Of a stretch of 64,000 bases of DNA, positions 25,506 to 37,582 are shown piece by piece (within the stretch, counting starts at the first letter, position 1; every line of letters begins with the position of its first letter). Below the pieces are notes generated by a model. The model worked only from the letters and a program-made list of their open reading frames with translations, made no database searches and had not been told where the DNA came from. Both the position numbers and the translations under genes were made by a program. The stretch lies in assembly GCA_004022145.1 (NCBI GenBank), contig RCNU01000014.1; one strand, given 5' to 3'. Origin of the DNA: Paecilomyces variotii (Eukaryota).

Positions 25506-27657
25506 TCAAGTAACCTTTAATGGCCTTTTGACGAATTCATCAAGCTCTGACCATTGACTCTTCAATGCTTCAACTATCCAACATGTGTTCCATCCCATGA
25601 TTTCCTTGACTCTCTTTAAGTAGTCAATGGCACCCTTGCGTTGTGCCTCGTGCGATAAGCAATATCCATCTAGATGAGAATTAGTATCACTAGCAGGGCG
25701 ACAGTCGGAATTCATGGGTATTTATGCCTACAACTACAGATAAAGTGACTCGCAGTAAAGTGCGCATTTTCGGTAGTGTCGTTTGAAATGGCGATTCCAA
25801 TTATATCAGCCAAGTAAGAGGCAGCAGCAACCTGATGCTAGTTAGCATATATCATGAATTAACTTAACGGGTAATTATTTCATGTCTACCTCGGCAATGC
25901 GCATCACCTTTGCAGCCTCGAATCCACCTGCCGATTGAGCGAGTGGTTTATGAATGGTTAATAGAAGCATTGCGCCGTAATAGTACTGCATGCCAACAGC
26001 TATTCCAAACAAGTCAGTACATGTCTTCTGATCATCAAAAGAACGGCCGTACCCGCAGCAGAAGATAACATCCAGAACTCTGGAAATAACTTCCCACTAT
26101 CTGGGTCTGCTTCGCCATGGTTTAGTGGAGTAAATGATGCCGGCTTAGAATCATGCCAGCTCTCGATTTCCCTTTGTAGGAAGTACCAGTCCTCCGGACT
26201 GTTGGAATACTCTGCCCCATTATATATGTAACGTAAAATCTTCGCAAACAGAAACACAATAACATTAGTATAAGAGCCATCATCGCGGAGTCGAAATGCG
26301 TCAGAAAGCTCATAATTTTCGAGACGTAGTTCCAACGGTTCGTGTAGCACCAATGAGACATATATAGCCTGTCGAAGGAAGAGCCAGCTTGTAGCTTCGA
26401 CCAATCCTCCAGAAGCAGAGAATTTGGCAACAGCATTGAGTAGACTGGTGGACCCTAGGAAATGTCGTCTTTCATCTGTCTGGTTCTCGAGTTCTTCGTA
26501 ATGGCGTAAAAGCACAACTGTAACGAGGAGATTCCCGTCGTATGTCTCCTCCGGGCGACTGAGAGACGGAATCAAGAGCTCCAAGCACTGGCCATGATAG
26601 GTACTGCTTTCGAGTTCACCGGAGCCTCGCATGATCGAATCATGGCGAGATGCCACAGCTAAAAGAGCGAAAAGCAGCATTGGTTCGTGTAGCGCGCGTC
26701 GAGGCACCTCGTTCCCGAAATGACACTTCGCGTCTGATATGTCCAACTTGGAGGTTGTAAGTAAGGGCCATTCGCATATTTCAGCTACAGACATGGAACG
26801 GGGCTCTATGTAGGACTTACCCATGGTGACATCTTCTGAACAAATAGCCGAAGAAGAAATGCCTCGCGTGGAGATAGAAAAGAATGGGCAGAATCTCGAG
26901 GACGAAAACCCGGGGAAGGAAATACTTTATCAAGCGACGTCGGCGACCCCAAGTAATCCGTCCTTACAGGTGACGAGACTTTGTGTAAGGGGTTTGTATT
27001 TGTTGGTGATGGTTGCGCATTATCAATTGGATCTGCTTGGCCCGAGACAATTGTATGACTGTCTCGCGTTGCGTGTCCTCCTAACGTGAGTTGGCATTCT
27101 GCGTGCGACGGACTCCAACCAGAAAACGAACCACAGCCAGCAGAAGCTTGATTGTTTGCAGATTGGTCTTCGTTCCTGGAAGAATGATGATGGGTGAAGA
27201 AAGATGGCAAGGGTCCGCTGTGGCCCTCTTCATCTAGGCCGTGCTCGTTGGAGATATCGCTGTTTCCATCTACAAAGTGAACTATAGTAGACTTCGTTAG
27301 TTATCAGTTTCGATCCTTTTCTCAATACGGAAAGTATTGCAGCGAGAACTCAACTCTAGAAGGCAAAAGACAATCATGCCAGTGAATATTCATAACAAGA
27401 GAGGAAACCAGAATAGATGAATACATACGTGGCTTCGAAACTTCGACCCATGGCTGCCCTTTATCCCACTGGAGTATGAATCTCGATCGTGCGTCTCCTT
27501 CTTTTTGATATATATGACGGACAACCTTGAAGCGATAACGAGGCGCAAACTGACATCGACGACCGGTATCCGCACACTTATTGCACGTAGAAGCGCCCTC
27601 GAGAATAACACATTTGCTATGACGACGTCGGCAATTTCTGCATCCTACCTTTACCAT
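25506..27657 (-). CDS. Zn(II)2Cys6 transcription factor (Fungal_trans_2/ARCA-like)
   Basis: GCRNCRRRHSKC..CNKCADTGRRC cluster; C-terminal HFGNEVPRRA, VVLLRHYEE, WLFLRQAIY. Confidence 0.9.
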
Positions 27658-27739
27658 AGTGAGGATTAGGATGATGATTACTATTCAACTCTGCGTGTTG
27701 CATAAAGAGTTCTGTTACTGATTTCCTACCAACGCGGAG

Positions 27740-27762
27740 CCCCCGCATTGAGGATGCGGGGG
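27740..27762. promoter_or_regulatory. Perfect inverted repeat CCCCCGCAT-N5-ATGCGGGGG (CCG-N11-CGG or paired SYGGRG)
   Basis: 9-bp arms with 5-bp spacer ~85 bp upstream of the TF start, in the TF/P450 divergent promoter. Confidence 0.5.
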
Positions 27763-29100
27763 TCTATTGCCGGGGAGCGCCACAACTTCCCGACATGAGT
27801 AAGTGCGAAATGCAGATTTGACGATTGTCTGTCCATATATTATTATATTGATGGCCATGTGATACCCATTGGCGGTGCGACTCCAGACACGATGGCAGTG
27901 TTACGACTATGGAGACTGTATACCTACCCTTTATCTTTGTCCAAGGAGACCTTGGGACACTCAGTCTTCTTGGTGTCCATACTGGAGGTCTTTAATTATG
28001 CGAAGTACAAAAGACTAATGAGATTGACAACACGAAATCAGTATATCGATGGTTAGATGCACAAATACTTGGCGAAGGCTTTTGGGTTCTAGCCAAAAGC
28101 CTTGAGCCGTCATTTATGTTCACGGCGACTACGTATAATAGTGTCTATCATCTATGGCGCTGTACTCTGCACAAGACCCCAAGATACCCCAGATTCCCCG
28201 GCAAACGCTTATCTGAACAGCAGCCATTCTCAAGTACTCGTCCGGCCCTTGCCCACGGAATGTCCCCATGGGGAAGATGGCCGCTAAATGTATGAAAGAC
28301 ACCGCCCATTCACTGCCAAGACACGTATGGAGGAGGCGTTTATCTACTTCAGACACGAGCGCTGCTAAAGGGCAGTTTTCCCCGCTGGTCTGTGCAATAA
28401 GTACATTGGCAAAGAAGATATCGGAGACTGCATTTGACCATCAGAAGCCGAAGAGGGCTGGCTCCTTGGCCTCCGTCAACACACTCTGCTGTCATCGAAA
28501 ATGTTCCTTCAAAAATCGATTACCCACCACACTATCCCCTGCAAAATGAAGACCAATTGACGTATTGGTAACATGGGTTAACCCAGATTCATCAATGCTC
28601 GATTCGATGGTGGATTCATGGGTGCTGTTCCGTGCAACGCTCTTTGCGGGGAGACTTACCCCATACGCGAGCTTTATTTGACCCCTGGCAGGAGGTAAGT
28701 AAGCAATCGGTCCGTCTCTAAAAACTGAAGTGCAGTGCTACTATCAGTTGTCTAGTACTCCCTCCAGCAAAGGCAAGTCTGTTTCGATTTGGTAATTTGG
28801 ACATGCCCTCCATCAGGTGCCATTTCAAGCAGATTCGGGCATGGCGAAGTGGGAAAGTTCCAAGAGGCCCAGAAGTCAAATAGCATAAACAATATAATAT
28901 CTCCCAAGTCAATAATTATTTTTAACCAGCCTGTGCACTTTCTGTCTACAGCAGTTATTTAAAGTCTCAGTCGTCAGCCATTTTAGGACCTCTGGTTAGC
29001 TTACTTATCCTACTTGTCTTTTACGCCTCGACTCGACCGTTCTTTGGCTTCTCTTTCATTTAATCTGCTGGAGACGAGATCAAGACAGAAATCAAACTTC

Positions 29101-30733
29101 ATGTGGCTCCTAGCAGGTGCCCCGTATGCGGCGGCCGTACTGTTTTTTGCGGTGGTATACTTCTTTGTGTACCCCTTTATAGTATACATCCGGGACCCCA
29201 AGGGTATGTGGCTTGATTACTCTAAATATAAATAATCATATTGACAGAACAACAGGTCTTAGGAAATATCCCAACATGTCTCCGTTCTCAGGGATGTCCG
29301 CTGTGCCATTCATGCTCCTCGCAGCAACTGGCTCCCGGTCAAAGAAGCTTGCGGAAATGCACAAGAAGCACCCTGTTCTGCGAACAGGACCAAACTCTCT
29401 GTCCTATGGCGATGCCCGTGCAATTAGGGACATTTACGGCCATGGTACCAAGTGTATCAAGGACCCTTCCTACATCGTCGGAGCTGGTACCCACTTTCAC
29501 CTGGCCGATGTCGTTGACAAGCTCGACCATGCACGCAAGCGCAAGGTTCTTTCGTCCGCCTATGCCCTGAAGAACCTCGAGACTTGGGAATACAAGGTCA
29601 CGGATAAGGCTCAGAGACTGGTCAATCATTTGGACAAGGTCTGCACGGAAGCGCTCGCGAAAGGCATGAGCAGGCCTGATCCCAAGGACCTGACTGTTGA
29701 CCTTCGGGCATGGACGAACTTCTTCACGCTTGATGCCATCGCAGATATCGGACTATCGGAGCACCTGGGATTCCTGGACCAAGGACACGACCGCTGCATC
29801 GCCCAGAAAAAAGATGGCACCACTTACGAAACCAACCTCCGTGAAGCGCTCTATCCTACCGCTCGTAAGCAGTCCCTGATCATTTGGGACTACGACTGGT
29901 ATCCGACGGTCAACAAACTTGTCAATATCATTCCCTTCTTCAACCGAATGCAGAAGTCAGCCGATAACTGGGACAATATCGTCTGGCGACGAGCTACTCA
30001 TCGCCTCCAGCGCTATCAGGCTGGTGAGAAGCTCGAAGACTTCTTCCAGGCACTTATGGAAGACAAGAACGGCAACCCCAATAACCTCGAATGGGGCGAG
30101 ATTGTGGCTGAGATAAACATCATGATGAACGCCGGAAGCGTGACCACAGCCATCGCCATTGCCAACGCCGTCTACCAGTTAATCAAGAACCCACAGTATA
30201 TGAAGAAGCTTCGTGAAGAACTCGATGCTGTTTTAGATCCCGACGAAGTGGTTGCACCGTATGACAAAGTTAAGCATCTGCCATACTTGCGCGCCTGTCT
30301 AGACGAGTCTTTGCGTCTGTTCCCACCCACTCCTCACGGATTGCCCCGTGCAACTCCTGACGAAGGCGCTGAGATCTTCGGCGAATGGGTTCCCGGAAAC
30401 ACCACCGTCAGCATGTCCGCATTGGTTGCGCATCGTGACGAGAAAGTATTTCCTGAGGCTGACAAATTCATCCCTGACCGATTCCTCGGGGAAGAAGGCA
30501 AATCTTTGCAACCATACTTTGTCGCGTTCTCTGCGGGAGCACGATCCTGTATCGGGCGCAACATTTCCTATCTTGAGCAGGCAAAGATGGTTGCTACTCT
30601 TGTTCATCGGTATGAATTTGCTCTGCCATATCCTGAATGGGAGTTGAAACGTCTCGAAACGATGAACTGGATTCTGGGTGAAATGCCTGTCAAGGTATGG
30701 AGACGGAATCTGGACCAACACGCTAAAGCCTAA
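29101..30733 (+). CDS. Cytochrome P450 (benzoate-4-monooxygenase-like clan, probably CYP630-type)
   Basis: N-terminal TM anchor, one intron after DPKG, I-helix NAGSVTTA, ESLR (ExxR), PDRF, heme motif FSAGARSCIG. Confidence 0.93.
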
Positions 30734-32365
30734 GGTATGGTGTGGTAAAAAGCATTGGAAACTATCTTCATGACTTCAGCTAGATTGATTTAGCCCCCGC
30801 GCCCCTTTCCTCCGTTCTACTAGGTTTCGTGTTGTAGGCGCAGTCACAGGAGTATGGATGAATGGATTTTTTACCACTTCAAATCTCTTGCTTCTACTAA
30901 CCATCAACCCACAAGGAAGGAGTCAAGTCTCTTAGAATATCTCCGCATGCTCACCTTAGGCTCCTACTGATTGACTCCTGGGCACTAAGAAATCAGTAGA
31001 GGAGACATAGACACTGGTTCCGTACAGTTTGTCTTAGATGAGATGTCGACTACGACTCTCATATTCTCAATGTATTCATCTCAGACATCATCAGCCAAGT
31101 CAAACTCGACGCACACCAAGACCATAAAATAGCTATTGCCAATACATACAACCATCAACGTCCACCAGCGAATCCTTTGCGTTCCTTTAGTCCAAGCGCA
31201 CAGAGCACGGAGATACTTACCCCATGCAGAATCAATTCGTACCTCTAGCAGCCCAACCTGCAAGACGCTTATTTCCATTTTCGCCTCTTCCCCAGATCGA
31301 GCGCCAAAACTCAGAAGGCAGCACGCCATGTCTTGATGTAGCTATTCCGGGGCGGGGAGCTTACTGCGTATTTTGGCAGATCAAATGGAGGAATTTACCT
31401 TATTCCATTCTCCGATATGCTTCGCGTCCTATGGATCCTTCAGAATCCCTCATATTAAACATATCGTATTGGATCTCTCTGTCTCTGTGCCACGTCTCTC
31501 GTCGGAAAATAGCCATATCCAGAGAAGTAGATATTTCCCCGGCCAAGGAACTAAGTAAGAACGTACAGTTGACTGCGATCGAAACCCCCGCACTTTTAGC
31601 TTTTTGGACGTTCGCCAAGTCAAAGTTGGAAAGCGAACCCGATAGGTCTGCTGCAGGAAGTAATTCTCGCCGATGCTTTACGATTTGGAGATGATTGCCA
31701 AATCCACTTGACTTAGTCAAATATGCTATGCATGCATACAACTTAAGAGAACATTACAGCAGGGTGTGTTAACGCATTTGCGATGTCGCAAGGGCAGAAA
31801 GGTTTCAAATCGAATACTTTCTAGTTACCTGGTCCTGATCGGATGAGAATTCAATAGCCGATAGAGACTTGTGGCCCCTCTTGCTCCTATAAGGAATTTT
31901 GCCCGGTCGCCTTCTGTTGTCTGTAACAGGGTGAACGCAGTTCGAAGGTGGGGATACAGCGCGATACCAATAATTTTCCTGTTCTCCATACTATCATCAG
32001 GACAGTACTTCCTGGGTTAGATGCTTTGGTTATGGCATCGACTTCCTGGTTTGGTTGGACCTTACGTCAATCACCTTGCAATACCTCGTGCTCCGTGTTT
32101 GAGGGATATTTATGCGGGGAGAATTGTGGAGTTTTGGTAGATATAGATTGTAAACCATATCTTCTTGTGATATGCAGAGATTATGTGTAATCTATGCACT
32201 TGGAGAGATGTTATTTGTTTCATAGCCAACTGGAATATAAAGTCATCCTCTTTCCTATGCTTTGAGCACTGTTTGATAACGCTTGTCTTCTCGTTGCTCT
32301 CCTTCTATACCCTATCTTTTCCGTCTTCGCTTTTAAGCTGGCTTCTAACCAGCAAAGTCCCAAAC

Positions 32366-34567
32366 ATGTCTGGGCTCGCATTCACGCCTCTGGGAGTCAG
32401 GCGAGCTTTCGCCGATATAAAACCATCGTCAATTCTAGGGAACCTACAGCAGTTAGATACACAATCACTGGACGTCCTTAGAGAGCTTCTGAAGCAAGCA
32501 GTCCCCCATAATGCAGCGGATTTCGCTGCGCTTGTCGTGATCTCCATCACGCTTGCGACATGCCTCACGCGCGGTATCTTCTGGGATAGACCTGACCCTT
32601 ACCATTACCTATGGTACGAGCGACCACAACTGAAAGATGGCAGCGGTGCAGTTGCTGCGGCTCAAAAAGCCACCAGGAATATTGCGAAGAAGATGGAAGA
32701 GACCGGCAAGGATGTGGTTGTCTTCTGGGGCTCGCAGTCTGGTACAGCGGAAGGCTTCGCGTATCGACTAGCCAGGGAGCTTCATATACGGTTTGGCAAG
32801 GAGACGATGGCTGCTGATCTTTCAGATTACAATCCTGATACTATCGCGCTGATTCCTCAGACAAAATTGGCTATTTTTATCCTCTCCACCTACGGTGAGG
32901 GAGACCCGAGTGACAATACTGCTGAGCTCTGGGACTGGTTGGGCCAGGGACGCGATGTGTCGTTGTCAAATCTGCAATATGTTGCCTTTGGCCTTGGGAA
33001 TCGCAATTACAAGTATTTCAACCGTGTCGTCGACGTTGTCACAGAGGCCCTGGATCGATTCGGCGCCAAGTCCCTCATGCCAGCTGGAAAAGCAGACGAT
33101 GCAGAGGGTACAACAGGAGAAGATTTCATGACTTGGAAGGACGACTTGTTTCATATGTTGAGGGAGAAGCTTGGATTCGAGGAATCTGAGGGCAAATATT
33201 CACCGATCCTGTCTATCGAGGAAGATTCATCGTTGGAATGGATCGACCTCCACCATGGTGAGCCAGACAATCGACGTGGAAGCTCGAAAGCGGCCGGTCA
33301 GAGTTCACCAGTTAAGGTCTTGCGCGTGTGTGAGACGAGAGAGCTGTTCAAGAACACACAGAGAAATTGTCTCCATATTGAACTCGACTTAACTGAGACA
33401 CCTGAGCTCGTCTACAAGACTGGAGACCACCTGGCAATCTGGCCTAGTAACCCTGACACCGAGGTTGAACGACTCATTAACGTCCTTGGCCTTTCCAATC
33501 GCCGTTTCAATCCTATCATTATCAAATCCACGGACCCAGCCACAAAACTCACTATCCCATCTCCTACGACTATCGACGCTGCCTTGCGATACTACCTCGA
33601 AGTCTGCGCACCTGTCAACCGTGATACCATCTTGGGTATCGCACAATTCGCTCCCACGCCAGAGGCAAAGGCGCAACTGCTGAAATTGGGCCAAGACAAG
33701 GCCCTCTATTCCGAATTTATCTCAAAAGCATATCTCAATCTTGGCCGCCTTCTCGAGCTAACATGCCCATCGGCGACATGGTCTGTTCTGCCACTTTCCT
33801 ATGTCTTCGAGACTCTCCCGTCCATGCAGCCGCGTTACTACTCGATCTCTTCCAGCAGTGTGGTCTCACCCCGCAAAGCATCAATCACAGTCGTCGTCTC
33901 CTCAGACCCGGTCCCCAACAACCCTGATGAACTCGTCCATGGTGTCACGTCCAACTATCTCCTGGCTCTTTCCCGCCACAGAGAATCGAAGTCGCATCCA
34001 TACGGGCTCACCTATCAACTCCCTGGTCCAGCTAATGCCCTACAAGACAACAGAGTATTCGGTCACCTTCGCCGCAGCAAATTCAAGCTCCCCGCTACGG
34101 GAAAGACTCCGCTCATCATGGTCGGTGCAGGCACTGGAGTGGCGCCCTTCCGCGCATTCCTTGCCGAGCGCTGCCAGCTTCTATCGATTGGAAAGCCCGT
34201 TAGTGAAATGATACTCTTCTTCGGATGCCGTAACGCAGAAGAGGACTTTATCTATCGCGAAGAACTGGAAGAAATGAAACAAAAGCTTGGTGGTCGACTG
34301 TCGATCGTTACAGCTTTCTCCAGACTACGCGGTGAACCGCGACGGTACGTCCAGGATCGGATCGTCGAGTCTGATCAAGATGTTGTAAGGCTGCTAGACG
34401 AAGGAGCAAACTTCTATATCTGCGGTAAGGCCGCCATGGCTCGAGAAGTTGAGAAGGCTGTCACTCAGACTGTGAAACAAAGAAAGGGGTGGGGTGAAGA
34501 GCAGTGCCAGGAATGGATTAGAGCTGTGAAGAGGAGGAATAAATGGCAAGATGATGTTTGGGGGTAG
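32366..34567 (+). CDS. NADPH-cytochrome P450 reductase (secondary CPR2/CprB type), intronless
   Basis: FMN GSQSGTAE, STYGEGDP, FGLGN; FAD PRYYSISSS; NADPH GAGTGVAPF, FFGCRN, YICG, C-terminal DVWG; likely start ATG 32366 (MSGLAF). Confidence 0.95.
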   Translation: MSGLAFTPLGVRRAFADIKPSSILGNLQQLDTQSLDVLRELLKQAVPHNAADFAALVVISITLATCLTRGIFWDRPDPYHYLWYERPQLKDGSGAVAAAQKATRNIAKKMEETGKDVVVFWGSQSGTAEGFAYRLARELHIRFGKETMAADLSDYNPDTIALIPQTKLAIFILSTYGEGDPSDNTAELWDWLGQGRDVSLSNLQYVAFGLGNRNYKYFNRVVDVVTEALDRFGAKSLMPAGKADDAEGTTGEDFMTWKDDLFHMLREKLGFEESEGKYSPILSIEEDSSLEWIDLHHGEPDNRRGSSKAAGQSSPVKVLRVCETRELFKNTQRNCLHIELDLTETPELVYKTGDHLAIWPSNPDTEVERLINVLGLSNRRFNPIIIKSTDPATKLTIPSPTTIDAALRYYLEVCAPVNRDTILGIAQFAPTPEAKAQLLKLGQDKALYSEFISKAYLNLGRLLELTCPSATWSVLPLSYVFETLPSMQPRYYSISSSSVVSPRKASITVVVSSDPVPNNPDELVHGVTSNYLLALSRHRESKSHPYGLTYQLPGPANALQDNRVFGHLRRSKFKLPATGKTPLIMVGAGTGVAPFRAFLAERCQLLSIGKPVSEMILFFGCRNAEEDFIYREELEEMKQKLGGRLSIVTAFSRLRGEPRRYVQDRIVESDQDVVRLLDEGANFYICGKAAMAREVEKAVTQTVKQRKGWGEEQCQEWIRAVKRRNKWQDDVWG

Positions 34568-34639
34568 ATAGCCTGTTTCTTAAGACTTTCGTACTGATCT
34601 TATTATTTCCTTGGCAATCCCCAAGCCACGTCCAAGATA

Positions 34640-35292
34640 GCATTACTAGGAGCGCTACGGCTAGGAGGGGCCGTAGCAAATAATCATTGAGCGTAGTGAC
34701 CAAGCTGGCTGCTCTGACTAAGCTGGCTGCTGGCGCTGGCGCGCTGGCAGACAGGTTGATTGCTTAATCAGGTAATTTATCAGGTTCCTTTAGTGTAATA
34801 ACGACTGTGGATGATAATTATATTATAAAGAACTACCCAATGGGTTAGTAATTGCTAGATAGTATAAGAAGCCGAAGCCTATAGGCAGGATAGGCAGAAG
34901 GGGGATAGGTAGGAGGGATTTAGCTATTATAGTCGATATTTTAAACATACCAATAAGAAGCCAATATTTAGATAGAAGAAAATGCTTTTAAAGCGAGCTT
35001 TTATAACAGCTAAATAGGCGATAAAAAGCAGGGGGTGAGGACTGTAAAGGGTATAGATTAAGTAATGTAGACGCGAACCTATATAGGAGGTTAAAAAGAA
35101 TAGTTTTAATTTCCCAAACGGGAAGGCGGTAATACTGAGCAGTTTAAAACATCTGACAAATCAATGATCACGTGCGGTTTACTCGAGATAGACCAATCAA
35201 ATCAGGGGTCACGTGCGGTTTACTCAAAATCGACCAATCAGAGAGGTTAAAAAAAAGTGGAGAAAAAGTGGAGCACTTTTGCAGCCAGTATA
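34640..35292. mobile_element. Degenerate AT/TpA-rich transposon fragment with a structured terminal repeat region
   Basis: Abrupt TA-rich, ORF-less tract; 41-bp-period direct repeat TCACGTGCGGTTTACTC..GACCAATCA (35168, 35209), AAAAAGTGGAG x2, ending ...GCAGCCAGTA|TA. Confidence 0.55.
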
Positions 35293-35859
35293 TTGAAATA
35301 TTTCGCTAGCGCTCAATGATTATTGACTGTGTTGTTATTTCTCCGAAATGGGACTGTATAGGAGACATCTTCGCGCTTCGGCCTGCTGGATCGGCGTTCC
35401 AGGCACCGATTCGCCGACGAGAGCCCCGAGCGCGAACATCTGTAACGCTCATATCGGTGCTAAGACGCTGGATATGCCTATTATTATAGGTGGTTTCTGC
35501 CCCTTGCCTGTGCACAGAGTCCTTGCTAAGATGGATTGACTGCCGAATGCGATTTATTCATTGTATTTTCTCTTGGCGTCGCCCTCACGGCTTGTTCAAC
35601 GCCGACGATCTACGTCCGAGAGTGTTTGCAGCACAGATACTTAACTATGGCCAAGATAAATACTTGGTCGCGTGGCTGCCGCCATTCTTGTCTGTGATTG
35701 ACATCTATCCAGTACTTGATGGGAATCTGTCTTTGTTTTTACGTGAGACGTCGTTCTTTTTTTTGGTGGTCTGTTCCTTTTGTATGGTGAACTAGATACC
35801 TAGGTATCTATTGTCCAATAATACTTGTGCCTGCTTTGAGATAGACAGAAACTACCTAA

Positions 35860-36964
35860 ATGAGTTCGAATCCAGTAAGTCATTCTCCCAGTTCCATATA
35901 TAAAACATCGTCTTCTAATAGATTACAACTTACAGCAACAATCAAAATCATCAGGACCACCATGGGTACCCAATACGGCCTCACTAGGGGGTATCCCAAC
36001 CGTATCTGTTGACGTACCCATCGACGCCGTCTTCCTCGCACTATTCATTGTCGCCGCCGCTTCTCACATGACATTATTCCGCCGTAACAAGGCTAGAGGG
36101 CACAAATTCATCCCATCCGGCGCAACATTCGGCTTCTGCATGGCTCGTATCGTGGCAAATGTCCTTCGAATCGTTTGGGCTTGTTATCAACATAACGTGC
36201 GCGTTGCTATCGCTTCTCAGATCTTCGTCGCTGCCGGTGTTGTTGTCCTGTTTATTCTGAATCTACTCTATTCGCAGCGTCTGCTTCGAGCAGCTCATCC
36301 TCATCTCGGATGGTCTCGTCCGGTATCATATCTGTTCAAGGCGCTCTATGCGCTCGTCATCATCAGTCTGGCAATGCTCATCACAGTTACCGTGCAGAGT
36401 TTCTACACCCTCAATACGAACACAAGACGCATCGATCGTGATGTCCAACTGTATGGATCGACGTACTTCATGACGGTGTCGTTCCTCCCGTTCGTTATCA
36501 TCGCCTATATCCTTCTGGCTCCGCGTTCAGATACCCAGCGGATTGAGAAATTCGGCAAGGGGAGGTGGCGTACCAAGATCAGGCTTCTCTGCGCGACAAC
36601 TTTCCTCCTTTGTCTAGGTGCTTCGTTCCGCTGTGGGACGAGTTACAAGAATCCAAGACCGGCGACGGATCCAGCGTGGTATCAGCACAAAGCGTGCTTC
36701 TATATCTTCAATTTCGGCGTTGAGATATGCACCGTGTACATCTACTTGTTCGGACGCTTTGATCAGCGGTTCTATGTGCCTGATGGAAGCTCGAAGGTCA
36801 GACATTATCGTGGCAATTCTGTTAGTGAGGCATCTGAGCCGAAGGGATACGAGCAGCAAGTTCGAAACGAAGACGGGGATGAGGAAAGTGGATTAGATAC
36901 TTTGCCTATTGTTGATGAGGCAAGGAAGGTGGATTATGCAAATAACGAACAGACGGTGGTATGA
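35860..36964 (+). CDS. Multi-pass (~7 TM) membrane protein, DUF3112/RTA1-like
   Basis: MSSNP|QQ..ASLGGIPTVSVDVPI, RGHKF, FGFCMARI, IFVAAGV, PAWYQHKACFYIFNF, DQRFYVPDGS. Confidence 0.8.
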
Positions 36965-37582
36965 GAAAAACAGCTTTCATGGATGTGAAACATTCAGCAT
37001 TCAGCATTGTAAGACTAGGTACATTGTAGATTAGGTATATAGATAATAATAACGAATTAGACTTAATCTGGATACCTGACACTTCTCCGCTATATTATAA
37101 GCCTACAGATTACGGGCTAATTGTCTCCAGATAACTAAGTATTTAAAGAGGGGTAGATATTTAGTCCGAGAAGGCTGAAGGTATAAAACGGACGAGTGGA
37201 TTTAGACATTATAATAAATGTAAACGATCATGTTTTGACGCGCGGGCCTTGGCAGAAACAGCGGCAAATACAGAGCCAATTGTTCAAAACGTGGAGAACG
37301 CATGTTCTTGGTCAGGATCCTCATATTGATTGATCCTTGGCTGGAAGCATCTCCAACGCGTTAGTTGCCCGTTCTCCCTATTTTAGCCTGAAGAATGGCA
37401 CCGTCTCTGCTGTCATTTACCATGGCTTAGTAGCTCCATTATAAACGATACGATACTCTCTTTCTTAGCTTTCTTGTTATCATTTCATTATGCTACATAT
37501 GCTTACTTATTTGTCATGACTTTCCTTGCCAGACCTTCAGCCTTGCGTTAGTTGTCACTACAGGACAGTACATGCAACCAAT

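Noticed and set aside
31081-31741. Short minus-strand ORFs between the P450 and CPR as a fifth cluster gene
   Set aside because: Fragmented frames with no coherent splice model or recognisable domain; at most a gene relic
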